Source of the DNA: Bacilli bacterium
GTDB lineage: Bacteria; Bacillota_I; Bacilli_A; RF39; UBA660
Length of the DNA: 61,293 nucleotides
Reading direction: 5' to 3'
Assembly: GCA_045541255.1 (NCBI GenBank)
Contig: JAZQIU010000051.1
Span: 1-61,293 of the forward strand
Positions 50,660-61,293 of this stretch are shown piece after piece. Under the pieces are notes generated by a model. That model had not been told where the DNA came from and did not search any database. It saw only the letters and a program-made list of their open reading frames with translations. The first letter of the stretch is position 1, and the number at the start of each line of letters is the position of its first letter. The position numbers were made by a program, and so were the translations under genes.

Positions 50660-51670
50660 ATGTTAAAGGTGATTAAAATGATAATAGATAAATTAATAAA
50701 TAATGCAAAACTTAATAAAAAAACTATCTGTTTAGTAGAAACAGATGATATAAGAACTTTAAAAGCAGCAGAATCAGTAATAGAAAAAGATTTTGCAAAT
50801 ATTATATTAGTCGGTAACGAAAACGAAATAAATGAGTTAGCAACTAAAAATAATATAAATTTAGAAAATATAAAAATAATAAATCCAAAAACAAGTGAAT
50901 TAACTACTGAGTTAATAAATAATTTTTATGAATTAAGAAAACATAAAGGATTAACTTACGAAGAAGCAAAAGATAAAATAGAAAATGATTATTTATACTT
51001 CGGAGATATGTTAGTATATGCTGATTATGCAGACGGTTTAGTAGCTGGTGCTACACATTCATCAAGCGATGTATTAAGAGCAGCATTACAAACTGTTAAA
51101 ACTGCACCTGATTCAAAAATCGTTTCTTCATTCTTCTTAATGGAATTAGATAATAAAAATTTAGGAAGCAACGGATTATTTATATATTCTGACTGTGGTA
51201 TGATACAAAATCCTACTAGTGAAGAATTAGTTAATATTGCATATTCTTCTAGCAAAACATTTGAACAATTAATTGGAGATACACCTAAAATTGCATTCTT
51301 ATCTCACTCAACTAATGGTTCAAGTAAATGTGATGATGTATATAAAGTTCAAAATGCAGTTAAAACTTTCAAAGAAACTTATCCAGATATAATCGCAGAT
51401 GGTGAATTACAATTAGATGCCGCTATTATACCTAGTATTACAAAATCTAAATTCCCTACTTCCAAAATTCAAGGAGATGCTAATATATTAATATTCCCTG
51501 ATTTAGATGCAGGTAACATTGCTTACAAAATAACTGAACGTATGGCTAACGCTAAAGCATATGGACCTATAACTCAAGGCATAAGAAAACCTATAAACGA
51601 TCTGTCTAGAGGATGTAATTACGAAGATATAGTTGGCGCAATCGCTATTACTTGTAATCAAGCAAAATAA
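50660..51670 (+). CDS. pta: Phosphate acetyltransferase
   Basis: DGELQLDAA, FPDLDAGNI.YK and NDLSRG. Confidence 0.95.
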   Translation: MLKVIKMIIDKLINNAKLNKKTICLVETDDIRTLKAAESVIEKDFANIILVGNENEINELATKNNINLENIKIINPKTSELTTELINNFYELRKHKGLTYEEAKDKIENDYLYFGDMLVYADYADGLVAGATHSSSDVLRAALQTVKTAPDSKIVSSFFLMELDNKNLGSNGLFIYSDCGMIQNPTSEELVNIAYSSSKTFEQLIGDTPKIAFLSHSTNGSSKCDDVYKVQNAVKTFKETYPDIIADGELQLDAAIIPSITKSKFPTSKIQGDANILIFPDLDAGNIAYKITERMANAKAYGPITQGIRKPINDLSRGCNYEDIVGAIAITCNQAK

Positions 51671-51707
51671 AAATTGACAAACATAAAAATTATGTTATTA
51701 TTAATTT

Positions 51708-51778
51708 AGTAGAACATTCAAATTTGAATGCCTACCCTGTGTGTAGACATAAGGATTTTAATCCTTGTGCCTTTTTTT
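51708..51778 (+). ncRNA. Candidate antitoxin sRNA
   Basis: TTGACA (51674)-16bp-TATTAT with an extended TG; hairpin CAUUCAAA/UUUGAAUG; terminator CAUAAGGAUU/AAUCCUUGUG plus U7. Confidence 0.55.
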
Positions 51779-51789
51779 ATTAACCAAAA

Positions 51790-51873
51790 CTACCCTTGTA
51801 GGAGGATAAATCTAATCAATAAAATGATAATTACTTGATATAAAACTATTACAATGAATAATCTTTTACCCAT
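51790..51873 (-). CDS. Candidate type I toxin, 27-aa hydrophobic peptide, absent from the ORF track
   Basis: MGKRLFIVIVLYQVIIILLIRFILLQG; AGAAAGG SD inside a hairpin; TATAAT at 51940-51945. Confidence 0.7.
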   Translation of the reverse strand: MGKRLFIVIVLYQVIIILLIRFILLQG

Positions 51874-52017
51874 AAAAATCAAACCTTTCTAACTTATTTA
51901 TTAGAAGGTAGACACCAAACTTAAATGTTCTGATTGGTTATTATAAAGTAATTATTTATATTGATAAGTCATTCGCCAAAATACAACAAAAAAAAGCAAT
52001 AATTTAATATCACTTTT

Positions 52018-52908
52018 TTATAAATCCGTCCTAATTCCTCTAAATACTGGATGTCTTAAATGATTACTATTAGTTCTTTCTAAAAACTCAATTGTACACT
52101 TATATTTAGGCTTAATAAATTTATACTCTTTAAAATCAACACCTAAATAATTCTTACACTCACTACATGATTTAATTAATTCATAGTCTTTTCTTTTTTT
52201 ACCTACTACAACCTTACTAACAAAAGTATACTTTTTACCTACCTTTTCACCTAATAATACACTTATAACATCTTCACCATCTTTATAACCACAAATATAA
52301 AAATCTTCCATATGTACGTTCTTTATCTTTATCCATTCTTTAGTCCTAACACCAGGAATATATTCACTTGTTTTTAATTTAGCAACTATACCCTCTAAAT
52401 CATTCTTTTGAATAAATTTAAAAAGTTCTTTCCCTTTAGTATCAACAACTCTACTTTTAACAAACAAATTATTATCATCATATTTAGATAATATCTCTTT
52501 ACGTCTTATTAAAGGTAGATTCATTAAATCTTTATTCTCATACAAAATATCAAAACATACAAAAGTTACCGGGAAATTATCTCTAAAATACTCTATTTTC
52601 TTATTATTTTTTAACAATGCTCTTTCTTGTAATTTAGAAAATGATGGCTTATCATCTTGCATTAAAACTATTTCTCCATCAAAAATACATTCTTTTTTAA
52701 TATTTTTTTGTATCTCTAATAATTCAGGAAAAGTATCATTAACTACAAAACCTTTTCTATTTTTTATAATTATTTCTTTAGAACTAACATATATCAGAGC
52801 TCTAATACCATCGAACTTCATTTCAAATAAATAATCTTCATCATCAAAAGGTTTATTTTCTTCATGCAATAACATTGGTTTTATGTTTTTATCTTTAAAT
52901 ACGCTCAT
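52018..52908 (-). CDS. ligD: ATP-dependent DNA ligase (LigD ligase domain only)
   Basis: EMKFDGIR, DGEIV, FDIL, EGIVAK, W.KIK and LRHPVF. Confidence 0.85.
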   Translation of the reverse strand: MSVFKDKNIKPMLLHEENKPFDDEDYLFEMKFDGIRALIYVSSKEIIIKNRKGFVVNDTFPELLEIQKNIKKECIFDGEIVLMQDDKPSFSKLQERALLKNNKKIEYFRDNFPVTFVCFDILYENKDLMNLPLIRRKEILSKYDDNNLFVKSRVVDTKGKELFKFIQKNDLEGIVAKLKTSEYIPGVRTKEWIKIKNVHMEDFYICGYKDGEDVISVLLGEKVGKKYTFVSKVVVGKKRKDYELIKSCSECKNYLGVDFKEYKFIKPKYKCTIEFLERTNSNHLRHPVFRGIRTDL

Positions 52909-53690
52909 TATTTTTTATCCCTCAAACTTTTTTCTAATGCATCCATTAAGTTAGAAACAGATACCGTCTTTTTACTTCTACTCTTTTTGATTTCCTTGCC
53001 ATCAATCTTTTTCTCTATTGCATCCTTTATTTTATCTTGATACTCATCCTTATATTTTTCAGGAGTAAATTTATCACTCATGGAATCTATAAGCTTTAAT
53101 GCTAAATTCATTTCTTTTTCAGTAAACTTTTCTTCAGGCGTTTCTTCATTCAATTTAATTTCTTCTTCATAAAAAAGTGTAGTCATAATTATATTATCTT
53201 CACCAAATCTTAAAACCACATAATATGATTTACTACCAATTACCGTTTTAGCAATAGCAACTTTACCACATTTCTTTAATGCATTTTTAAATAAACTAAA
53301 TGCTTTATTCTTCTTACCATCAGTCTTTAAATAATAACTTTTCTCATAGTATATTGGATCTATTTCTTTTTCTTTAACAAAACTTATAATCTCTATATTT
53401 TTATCTTCATTACTTTTTAACTTATCAAAATCTTCTTCATCAAAAGTTACATATTTATCATCACTATATTCATACCCCTTTATTAAATCTTTTGATTTAA
53501 CATCTTTCTTACAAATTGGACAATATTTAATATACGAAACTCTATTTAAACATTTCTTATGTAAATAATTAAAACTAGTATCATTATTCTTAATAACTGG
53601 ATTTAACATAACGGGTATATGTACCAAACCAAAAGTTACAGCAGTTTTTAAATTAGCCATAATATCACCAATATTATTATGTTTTAACAA
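52908..53690 (-). CDS. ku: Non-homologous end joining protein Ku; start probably 53660
   Basis: FGLVHIPV, KGYE, IDPIYYEKSYYL, Y.DEY and LMDALEKS. Confidence 0.93.
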   Translation of the reverse strand: MLKHNNIGDIMANLKTAVTFGLVHIPVMLNPVIKNNDTSFNYLHKKCLNRVSYIKYCPICKKDVKSKDLIKGYEYSDDKYVTFDEEDFDKLKSNEDKNIEIISFVKEKEIDPIYYEKSYYLKTDGKKNKAFSLFKNALKKCGKVAIAKTVIGSKSYYVVLRFGEDNIIMTTLFYEEEIKLNEETPEEKFTEKEMNLALKLIDSMSDKFTPEKYKDEYQDKIKDAIEKKIDGKEIKKSRSKKTVSVSNLMDALEKSLRDKK

Positions 53691-53708
53691 ACAAAAAAAA
53701 TGTATATT

Positions 53709-54359
53709 TCAACATTTTCTTTTTAAAAATCTTATTTCTTCTTTTAATGTATTACGTAAACTTTCATCTGTAATACAATTTAATATTTTAGTTTTTTTAT
53801 CTATTAAACTTTCATAATATAATTCTTTATTAATCATATTATTAGTACCATATTTTAATTCCTCTAAAGAATAATTTTTTATACCTCTAATAAAAACTAT
53901 ATTAATATATATTTTACCATTATCTTCTATAACTGCTTCTTCCTTAATAACAAAACCTAACTTTACTACATCACGTCTTAATTCATAATAATCTCTATTA
54001 GATTGAATTATTAACTTCTTTACATTATATAGATATTTATTATTTAATATTTCTAATATAGTACTAGTACCCATACCAGAAATTATTATAGTATCAACAT
54101 TATCAGTATCTCTTAGTACTTCTAAACCATTACCAACCCTAGCATCGATATAATCTTCAAGATTATATTTTTTTATATTATTTATTCCTTGTTCCAAAGC
54201 ATTACTACTAACATCACTTACTATAATATTATTAACAATTTTTGTTTTTACTAAATAAACGTCTAGTAAAGCATGATCGCAACCAATATCAATTACTTTA
54301 TCATTTGCATCTACATACTTTACTAAAGATTTTAATCTATTACTTATCATATTAATCAT
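53709..54359 (-). CDS. trmK: tRNA (adenine22-N1)-methyltransferase
   Basis: DIGCDHA, GNGL and ISGMG; follows sigA. Confidence 0.9.
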   Translation of the reverse strand: MINMISNRLKSLVKYVDANDKVIDIGCDHALLDVYLVKTKIVNNIIVSDVSSNALEQGINNIKKYNLEDYIDARVGNGLEVLRDTDNVDTIIISGMGTSTILEILNNKYLYNVKKLIIQSNRDYYELRRDVVKLGFVIKEEAVIEDNGKIYINIVFIRGIKNYSLEELKYGTNNMINKELYYESLIDKKTKILNCITDESLRNTLKEEIRFLKRKC

Positions 54360-55449
54360 TCATGAAATCTTTTAATTTTTTAGCACGTGATGGATGTCTT
54401 AATTTTCTTAATGCTTTTGCTTCGATTTGTCTTATTCTTTCACGAGTTACATTGAAACGTTTTCCAACTTCTTCTAATGTATAACAAGTTCCATCTATAA
54501 GACCAAAACGTAATTCTAATACTTGTTGTTCTCTAGGTTGTAAAGTAGAAAGAACAGCTTTTATTTCTTCTTTTAAAATTTCATTAGTAGCATATTCTTC
54601 TGGGCTTAAACTACTTTCATCTTTAATGAAATCTCCTAAATGAGAATCATCTTCTTCACCAATTGGAGTTTCTAAACTAACTGGATCTTGACTAATTTTA
54701 ATAACTTCTCTTACTTTTTCTACTGGTATATCCATTCTTGCAGCAATTTCTTCATCACTTGGTTCACGATTTAATTCTAGAGTCATTTGTCTTTGAATTC
54801 TAGACATTTTATTTATAGTTTCAACCATATGAACTGGTACACGGATAGTTCTTGCTTGATCTGCTAAAGCACGAGTAATCGCTTGTCTAATCCACCATGT
54901 AGCATATGTAGAAAATTTATACCCTTTATCATAGTCGAATTTTTCTACTGCTTTCATTAAACCAATATTACCTTCTTGAATTAAGTCTAAGAATAATAAC
55001 CCTCTACCTACATATCTTTTCGCAATAGATACAACTAAACGTAAGTTAGATTCTGCTAATAATGCAGCAGCTTCTTCATCACCGTTAGCAACACGGATTG
55101 AAAGTTCCATTTCTTCTTCACCACTTAAAAGACTTATTTTACCAATTTCTTTTAAATACATTCTAACCGGATCATTAATATTAATATCTTTAGTAATATC
55201 TTCATCACTTAATATTTCAACTTCTTCAGTCTTCTTAGAACTTCCTTCTTTACCTTCATCTTCACTAGCAATAACTTCAATACCATTACTTACTAACTTA
55301 GTATATAAATCATCTAAAGTATCACTATCAACTTCTAAACCTTTTAAAGCATCTGCTAAAGTTTCATAAGTTATATATCCTTTTTCTTTACCTTTTAAAA
55401 TTAATTCATTTTCTCTTTCTTCTATAGTTTTTATTTTATTTACCATCAT
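54352..55449 (-). CDS. sigA: Primary sigma factor SigA/RpoD
   Basis: [23 protein letters not shown] and [15 protein letters not shown]. Confidence 0.97.
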   Translation of the reverse strand: MMVNKIKTIEERENELILKGKEKGYITYETLADALKGLEVDSDTLDDLYTKLVSNGIEVIASEDEGKEGSSKKTEEVEILSDEDITKDININDPVRMYLKEIGKISLLSGEEEMELSIRVANGDEEAAALLAESNLRLVVSIAKRYVGRGLLFLDLIQEGNIGLMKAVEKFDYDKGYKFSTYATWWIRQAITRALADQARTIRVPVHMVETINKMSRIQRQMTLELNREPSDEEIAARMDIPVEKVREVIKISQDPVSLETPIGEEDDSHLGDFIKDESSLSPEEYATNEILKEEIKAVLSTLQPREQQVLELRFGLIDGTCYTLEEVGKRFNVTRERIRQIEAKALRKLRHPSRAKKLKDFMND

Positions 55450-57167
55450 TCTTCACTCCCTCTTTTAATCTTGGTAATTAAATCCATTAACTCTTTCTTT
55501 CTATTGATATCAGTCTCTTTTTTTAATTCAATCTTTAAATTATCTATCTTAGTATCAATTATCCATTTATTTACTATTTCAATATAATTTAAAAATTCTT
55601 CTTCACACATTTCTACATCGTTATTATGATTACTAATAATATCTTTAATAATTTGTTCTTTACCATTATTCGTCTCATAACTAATAAAATCTGCTAAAGA
55701 AATAGTATTATTAAGTATTATATACGCTTGTATATCTTTTTCAATATCAAAATATACTTTATCAGGTATATAATTTAACTTTTTAGTAAAAATTTTAGCA
55801 TACTTTACATTATTCATCATATAATAAAGAATTTCTTCTACAGCTCTTATATTCTGTTTTTGCTTCTTATTAACTTTTTCTATTTTAACAATTTTAGGTT
55901 TTTCAACTTTTATCAATTTAGATAAAAGTATATTTTTATCTATTTTATAATCTTCACTCAATTTATTTATTGTAACTGTTCTTAATATTTCATCATCAGT
56001 TTTATTAAGTTCATTTATTATATTATTTATATAATCTGTCAATTCATCTGCATTATTTAAATTTTTATCTGTCTTTAAATAATTTAATTTAAAATCAAAT
56101 AAACTTATTGCATGATTTAAACTATCTTTATAAGCATCTATACCATATTTTAAAATATATTCATCTGGGTCTTTAGCACCTGTAAGACTTAAAATACTTA
56201 CATCTATATTTTCTTTTCTTAACAAATCTCCGTTTAACAATGCTGCATTAATACCAGCTTTATCACTATCCATATTTAAAATAACTTTAACATTCAAACG
56301 TTTAATTAAATTTATATGTTCTTTAGTTAAAGCAGTTCCCATTGTAGCAACTACATTTTTAACTCCGCTAGCATATATTCTTATTGCATCCATTTGTCCT
56401 TCACATATAATTAATGTTTTAGTTTTTTTAGCATCTAATATTGCTCTATGATAATTGAATAAAGTTTCACCCTTTTTAAATATATAAGTTTCTTTAGTAT
56501 TTATATATTTACTATCAACACTATTATTATATATTCTCCCACTAAATCCAATAGGATTACCATTACTATTATGTATTGGAAACATTATTCTATTTCTAAA
56601 TATGTCATATATTCCATCAATCTTATTAACTAAACCTATATCCAATAACATTTTTTCGTCATAATTTTTCTTAGTTAATAACTTACTTAAGGTATTATCA
56701 CTTAATGAAACTCCAATATCAAACTCATTTATTATATCTTCAGTAATATTTCTAGATTTTAAATATTCTCTTGCTTCATTACCTAAATTACTTTTTAAAT
56801 TATTTTTATAAAACTTAACCGCTAAATCATAAGCTTTATATTCTTTATCGTATTTTCTTACTACATTAATATTTTGAGATAAAGTAATACCAGCAAAATT
56901 AGCAACTTTATTTACTGCTTCAATAAATGTTATATTTTCATAATCTTTAACAAACGAAAATACATTACCACTTGCACCACATACAAAACATGTAAATATT
57001 TGTTTTTCATCACTAACACTCATACTTGGTGTATGGTCATCATGAAAAGGACAAATACCAAAATAGTTTTTACCTTTTTTTTCAAGATTAATACTGCTAC
57101 CTATTACATCGACAATATTAACGCTATTTCTAATTCTATTTAATTCTTCATTAGATAAAACAGCCAT
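55446..57167 (-). CDS. dnaG: DNA primase
   Basis: CPFH..CFVC zinc finger, KYINT, EGQMD and DSDKAG. Confidence 0.96.
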   Translation of the reverse strand: MAVLSNEELNRIRNSVNIVDVIGSSINLEKKGKNYFGICPFHDDHTPSMSVSDEKQIFTCFVCGASGNVFSFVKDYENITFIEAVNKVANFAGITLSQNINVVRKYDKEYKAYDLAVKFYKNNLKSNLGNEAREYLKSRNITEDIINEFDIGVSLSDNTLSKLLTKKNYDEKMLLDIGLVNKIDGIYDIFRNRIMFPIHNSNGNPIGFSGRIYNNSVDSKYINTKETYIFKKGETLFNYHRAILDAKKTKTLIICEGQMDAIRIYASGVKNVVATMGTALTKEHINLIKRLNVKVILNMDSDKAGINAALLNGDLLRKENIDVSILSLTGAKDPDEYILKYGIDAYKDSLNHAISLFDFKLNYLKTDKNLNNADELTDYINNIINELNKTDDEILRTVTINKLSEDYKIDKNILLSKLIKVEKPKIVKIEKVNKKQKQNIRAVEEILYYMMNNVKYAKIFTKKLNYIPDKVYFDIEKDIQAYIILNNTISLADFISYETNNGKEQIIKDIISNHNNDVEMCEEEFLNYIEIVNKWIIDTKIDNLKIELKKETDINRKKELMDLITKIKRGSEE

Positions 57168-57304
57168 ATTTGTCCCTCCAATATTAAATTATTGTGTCAA
57201 GTACCAAATTTCCTTTTTTTTTCTGCATTTTTTTCAAATTTTATGATTATTTTACCAAAAATCAAGAAAAAAGCAATAAAAAAGAGCAAAAATGCTCTAT
57301 TGTT

Positions 57305-59143
57305 TTAGAAGCCACGGCCTCCGCCGCCTCCACCTCCACCAGAGAAGCCACCTCCACCAGAGAATCCTCCACCAGAACCGCTTCCACTTGACGATTGTGA
57401 AGCTGCTATAGTAGAACGCGAAGCAGTATAAACATTAGATATAGCTGAATTCATAGAATGAGCAAAATTATGTCTAAACATATGATTCATCAAAATTACA
57501 TCACCAGCAGTTACATTATCAACACTACTAATTGCTTCAATCTTTATTTTCATAGTTTTTTCTAACTTATCTGCTATTCCAAATACAGTTGCATACACTA
57601 AATACTTTTCCCAAAGAATAATTTCAGGCAACTCTTTTTCATCAAATCTTCCAAAATCTTCTAAGAACTTTTTAAATGCCATCCATTTTTTATACTCTAA
57701 CATTCCACTTCTAGTTTTTTTATTTATCTTAGCTATATAAAATAATGAACCAATTCCAACAAACCATGGTACTAATACAAGTATTTCATTAATTTTTATC
57801 ATCAAAAATGTAGAAACAAAAGTTATTAATAAAATTAATAATACCGGAATACCTTTTTTTCCATCTTCAAAAAAATTATATTTTTCAGCTTCTTTAACTA
57901 CCTCATACTTCCAATTTGAAAAATGATCTAAGAAATCATTCGCAGTACTTTCCTTTTTACCATATTTTTTTATTTCCTTTAATGAAACACTAGTACCATC
58001 ACCTATATTATTTAATAAAAAGTCTAAAACGCTACCTTCTAAATTAGTTAAAGGTTCAATAAAACTTTCAGCCTTAGTTAATATATAATCTTTTTTATCT
58101 TGAGTTTGTTTAACTTTTACACATTTTTTATATATCATATTTAGTATACTAGCAGAATAAGAATCGGTACTAACATCTTTTTTTAATAAATATTCTAAAA
58201 TTTCAGGCCCATAAGTATTTGGAAAATCTCTATAATATTCCATATCAAAATCCACTTTATATTCTTTATCATATTTAAAATAACAATATATTAAAATACT
58301 AATTAATAAACCAAAGAAAATAATTAGTAATACAATACTTCCTATTATAATATTTCTTTCATGTTGTCTTTGTCTATTAGCTTCCTCCGCTAAATAAGTT
58401 TCTTCTTCAATAATATTTTCTAAAACATCTTCATTATTTATTCTATTACTTCCACTAACTAAATTTTTATCAAAAGTCATTCTAACATTTACTACTTCAC
58501 CAGGGTTAACATAATTTATTTCTGCACTTAAATAAGAATTTGTCAAACTATTACCTTTAGAAACAGTACCATATAAAGCTCCATGTGCCCATACTCTTAA
58601 AGTATTATCAATACTAGGCAAATTAACTTTAACACTAACATTCTCTAATAAATCTTCAAAACCACTTGGTATAAAATTATAATAAAGTTCAGCAACATCA
58701 TTATGTACTAAAACACTATTTTCTAATGTATAACATAATACATATCCTTTAGAACCATTTGAATTAGCATTAAACATCTTTATTGAGGGACCATAAGAAC
58801 TATTAGTTATAGTATATTTTAAACTTTCACCACTACTAGCATAATCCACTAAAGAAAATATTTGGCCCTTGCTCATAGTAGAAACATTTAAATCATAAAC
58901 ATTAATATTTCTTATTCCAGTAGGAACATACATTGCATCTCCACTTAAATAATAAATATCCCTTATATACCCATTAAAAGAACCTGTTTGCTTTATATAT
59001 TCACAAACTTCCATATCACCATTATTTTTAATATCTGCTTCAATTTTATATTGAGTTATTTCATAATCAACATCATTTGCCGCAAACACACTTAATGGAA
59101 ATAATAAAAAACAAATTAAAACCCACATTATATTTTTTGTCAT
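57305..59143 (-). CDS. DUF2207 family membrane protein
   Basis: Signal peptide, WEKYLVYA..FG, Gly/Ser-rich tail; follows lemA. Confidence 0.85.
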   Translation of the reverse strand: MTKNIMWVLICFLLFPLSVFAANDVDYEITQYKIEADIKNNGDMEVCEYIKQTGSFNGYIRDIYYLSGDAMYVPTGIRNINVYDLNVSTMSKGQIFSLVDYASSGESLKYTITNSSYGPSIKMFNANSNGSKGYVLCYTLENSVLVHNDVAELYYNFIPSGFEDLLENVSVKVNLPSIDNTLRVWAHGALYGTVSKGNSLTNSYLSAEINYVNPGEVVNVRMTFDKNLVSGSNRINNEDVLENIIEEETYLAEEANRQRQHERNIIIGSIVLLIIFFGLLISILIYCYFKYDKEYKVDFDMEYYRDFPNTYGPEILEYLLKKDVSTDSYSASILNMIYKKCVKVKQTQDKKDYILTKAESFIEPLTNLEGSVLDFLLNNIGDGTSVSLKEIKKYGKKESTANDFLDHFSNWKYEVVKEAEKYNFFEDGKKGIPVLLILLITFVSTFLMIKINEILVLVPWFVGIGSLFYIAKINKKTRSGMLEYKKWMAFKKFLEDFGRFDEKELPEIILWEKYLVYATVFGIADKLEKTMKIKIEAISSVDNVTAGDVILMNHMFRHNFAHSMNSAISNVYTASRSTIAASQSSSGSGSGGGFSGGGGFSGGGGGGGGRGF

Positions 59144-59178
59144 AAATTTCTCCTTAAAAAAAGGACTATAAAGTCCAA

Positions 59179-59742
59179 TTAAAATTTAACTTTTGGAGCT
59201 TCTTTTTCACTTTCAGCAACTTGAAAGAATTCTCCCTTTTTAAATCCACCAATATTTGCAACAATATTAGAAGGAACACTCTCTACTTTATTATTATAAG
59301 TTAAAACTGAATCATTATAAAATTGTCTAGCCATAGAAATTTTATCTTCTGTATCTTTTAAATCATTTTGTAATGACATAAAATTTGTATTAGCTTTTAA
59401 ATCTGGATATGCTTCACTTAAAGCGAATAACTTATTTAAAGCATTTGTAATTTCTCCAGAAGCTTTCATTTTATCTTCATTAGTAGATGCTGTAACATAG
59501 CTATTTCTAGCTTGAATAACATTTTCTAAAGTATCACTTTCATGTTTAGCATAACCTTTAACAGTTTCAACTAAATTTGGTATTAAATCACTTCTTCTTT
59601 TTAATTGAACATCAATTTGTGAAAATTGATCATCCTTTCTATTTCTTAATGCAATTAATGAGTTATAAGTTTTAAAATACCATAAAACTAATAATACTAT
59701 AATTGCTATAATTACTATTAAAATAATTGTTCCTATATTCAT
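59179..59742 (-). CDS. lemA: LemA family protein
   Basis: IDVQLKRR.DLIPNLV, EAYPDLKA and RQFYN. Confidence 0.95.
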   Translation of the reverse strand: MNIGTIILIVIIAIIVLLVLWYFKTYNSLIALRNRKDDQFSQIDVQLKRRSDLIPNLVETVKGYAKHESDTLENVIQARNSYVTASTNEDKMKASGEITNALNKLFALSEAYPDLKANTNFMSLQNDLKDTEDKISMARQFYNDSVLTYNNKVESVPSNIVANIGGFKKGEFFQVAESEKEAPKVKF

Positions 59743-59829
59743 AAATATCCTCCTTATAATTATATTATATTTTTTATTTTATAATTAATCAAGAAATTTT
59801 TTCAAAATAAAAAAAGGTCAAAAGACCTC

Positions 59830-61095
59830 TTAATTATTTTTTAACATATCTAATGCTTTTCTCATCTTAACATCATATTGAACCATATCAGTTCCACCAA
59901 TCATTTTGATGAATTCTTCTTTTTCAATTCCATACATTGCTGATATTCTTTCAACATCTTCTTCTACTTCTTTATCAGTTACTTCAATTTTTTCTTCTTC
60001 TGCAACAGCTTCTAATAGATATCTTTCTTTCACTCTAGATTCTGCTTCAGGTTTCATTTGATTTTCTAAATCTTCCATAGAAGTTTTTGTAAATTCTAAA
60101 TATTGTTCAATAGATAGTCCTTGCATTTTTAATTGTTCACTATATTGATTAATCATTCTATGAATTTCTTCATGAATAATTTCTTCATTAATTTCTACAG
60201 TCATATTTTCTGCTGCTTTCTTTAATACTTCATCTAAGTATTTATTATCGGCATCATGATTTTTATGTTCTAATATATGTTCTTTAATCTTTTCATTTAA
60301 CTCTTCAACTGTTTTAACATCTTCATAACCTAAATCAGCAAAAAAATCTTCATTAATTTCAGGTAACTTTCTCATTTTAATTTCTTTAACAGTTACTGTA
60401 AATGTTACATCTTTATTTTTTAAATCTTCTACATAGTTTTCTGGAAATTTAAGTTCTAAATCTTTAGTTTCTCCAACTTTCATTCCTACTATTCCTTCTT
60501 CAAATCCTGGAATAAATGTATTTGAACCAATTTCTAATGGATAATTTTCTCCACTTCCACCTTCAAGTTCTTTACCATCAACAACACCTTTAAAATCAAT
60601 TACTGCAGTATTGCCACTTTCTACTTCACCGTCTTCTTTAACGATGATTTCAGCATATTTATTTCTTAAAGATTCTAATTCTGCTTCAATTTCTTTTTTA
60701 GAAACTTCAACTTTTTCTTTCTTAATTCCTAGATCTTTATATTTACCTAATTTAACTTCTGGTTTAGAAATAAATTTAAATACTACTGTAATCCCCTCTT
60801 CACTTAATTCAGTAATATCTACTGTTGGTTGAACAACAGGAACTACATCAGCTTCTTTTAAAGCACTTTCATACTTGCTATCTAATACTAAATCAGTTGC
60901 TTCTCTAAATAAAGATTGAATACCAAATTTTTTAGTATATAAATCCCAAGTTACACTTCCCTTTCTAAAGCCATCAACTTTTATATCTTTTTTATTCTTA
61001 TTAAAAGCTTCTTTAAGAAAATTCATCCATTCTTCTTTTTCAACTTTAACTGTAATTTCTTTTACATTTTTCATATATTTCTTCCTTTCAATCAC
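59830..61095 (-). CDS. tig: Trigger factor
   Basis: DGFRKG, GSNTFIPGFEE and FPENY. Confidence 0.95.
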   Translation of the reverse strand: MIERKKYMKNVKEITVKVEKEEWMNFLKEAFNKNKKDIKVDGFRKGSVTWDLYTKKFGIQSLFREATDLVLDSKYESALKEADVVPVVQPTVDITELSEEGITVVFKFISKPEVKLGKYKDLGIKKEKVEVSKKEIEAELESLRNKYAEIIVKEDGEVESGNTAVIDFKGVVDGKELEGGSGENYPLEIGSNTFIPGFEEGIVGMKVGETKDLELKFPENYVEDLKNKDVTFTVTVKEIKMRKLPEINEDFFADLGYEDVKTVEELNEKIKEHILEHKNHDADNKYLDEVLKKAAENMTVEINEEIIHEEIHRMINQYSEQLKMQGLSIEQYLEFTKTSMEDLENQMKPEAESRVKERYLLEAVAEEEKIEVTDKEVEEDVERISAMYGIEKEEFIKMIGGTDMVQYDVKMRKALDMLKNN

Positions 61096-61215
61096 TAGTA
61101 TTATATATCAAAAAAAGGTTCATATCAAGAAATTTAAAACTTTTTTATAAATTTTAAAGTTTTATACTAGATATTTTTCAAATATATGTTATAATTATCT
61201 ACGTAATCAATTTTT

Positions 61216-61291
61216 GGGCTGTTAGCTCAGTTGGTAGAGCAACTGACTCTTAATCAGTGGGTCTAGGGTTCGAATCCCTAACAGCCCACCA
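61216..61291 (+). tRNA. tRNA-Lys (anticodon CTT)
   Basis: 76-nt cloverleaf; acceptor stem GGGCTGT/ACAGCCC; anticodon loop CT-CTT-AA; GTTCGAATC; encoded CCA. Confidence 0.96.
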
Positions 61292-61293
61292 TT

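Noticed and set aside
53665-53710. Possible SigG/SigF promoter for ku (CATAATA)
   Set aside because: The -10 box fits, but I found no -35 element at the correct spacing
57194-57391. 65-aa ORF with STRE repeats and a GC-rich patch
   Set aside because: Antisense shadow of the Gly/Ser-rich tail of the DUF2207 protein; no TR-like partner
61216-61293. tRNA-Lys as an integration site at the window end
   Set aside because: No integrase or duplicated tRNA 3' end is visible; the sequence stops 2 bp after CCA

Overview
Chromosomal segment of a very AT-rich, genome-reduced Bacillota (Bacilli-like) bacterium using genetic code 11. It has a cell wall (murE, pbp, ftsEX); an RF39-like gut lineage is my inference. 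Most genes lie on the minus strand and are housekeeping: glyQS, def, ftsEX, ruvAB, lon, mraZ-rsmH-ftsL-pbp, murE, sufCDSU, alaS, yvcK-whiA, hrcA-grpE-dnaK-pepF-dnaJ, mgtE, pta, ku-ligD, dnaG-sigA-trmK, lemA, tig and tRNA-Lys(CTT). The main find is a diversity-generating retroelement (DGR) cassette with no reverse transcriptase or avd gene in the window (27231-30565). A TasA/SipW-type pilin is fused to a C-type-lectin-like domain whose GC-rich variable repeat (28775-28886) matches an AAC-rich template repeat (28349-28451), mainly by adenine substitutions. The match also has codon indels and non-adenine differences, which suggests diversification in trans by another TR and RT. A YhcG nuclease gene occupies the usual RT position, and an internally deleted yhcG copy lies 10 kb away. 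Two more TasA-like genes share an identical 31-bp leader. Elements missing from the ORF track: a compact OLE RNA upstream of oapA, an ultrashort glycine T-box with an apical GGA specifier, a candidate type I toxin-antitoxin locus (27-aa peptide, convergent sRNA, G-U-supported 5'-3' pairing), and a YjcZ-like spore peptide. All alignments and folds were done by eye; family names come from motif recognition, not database searches.
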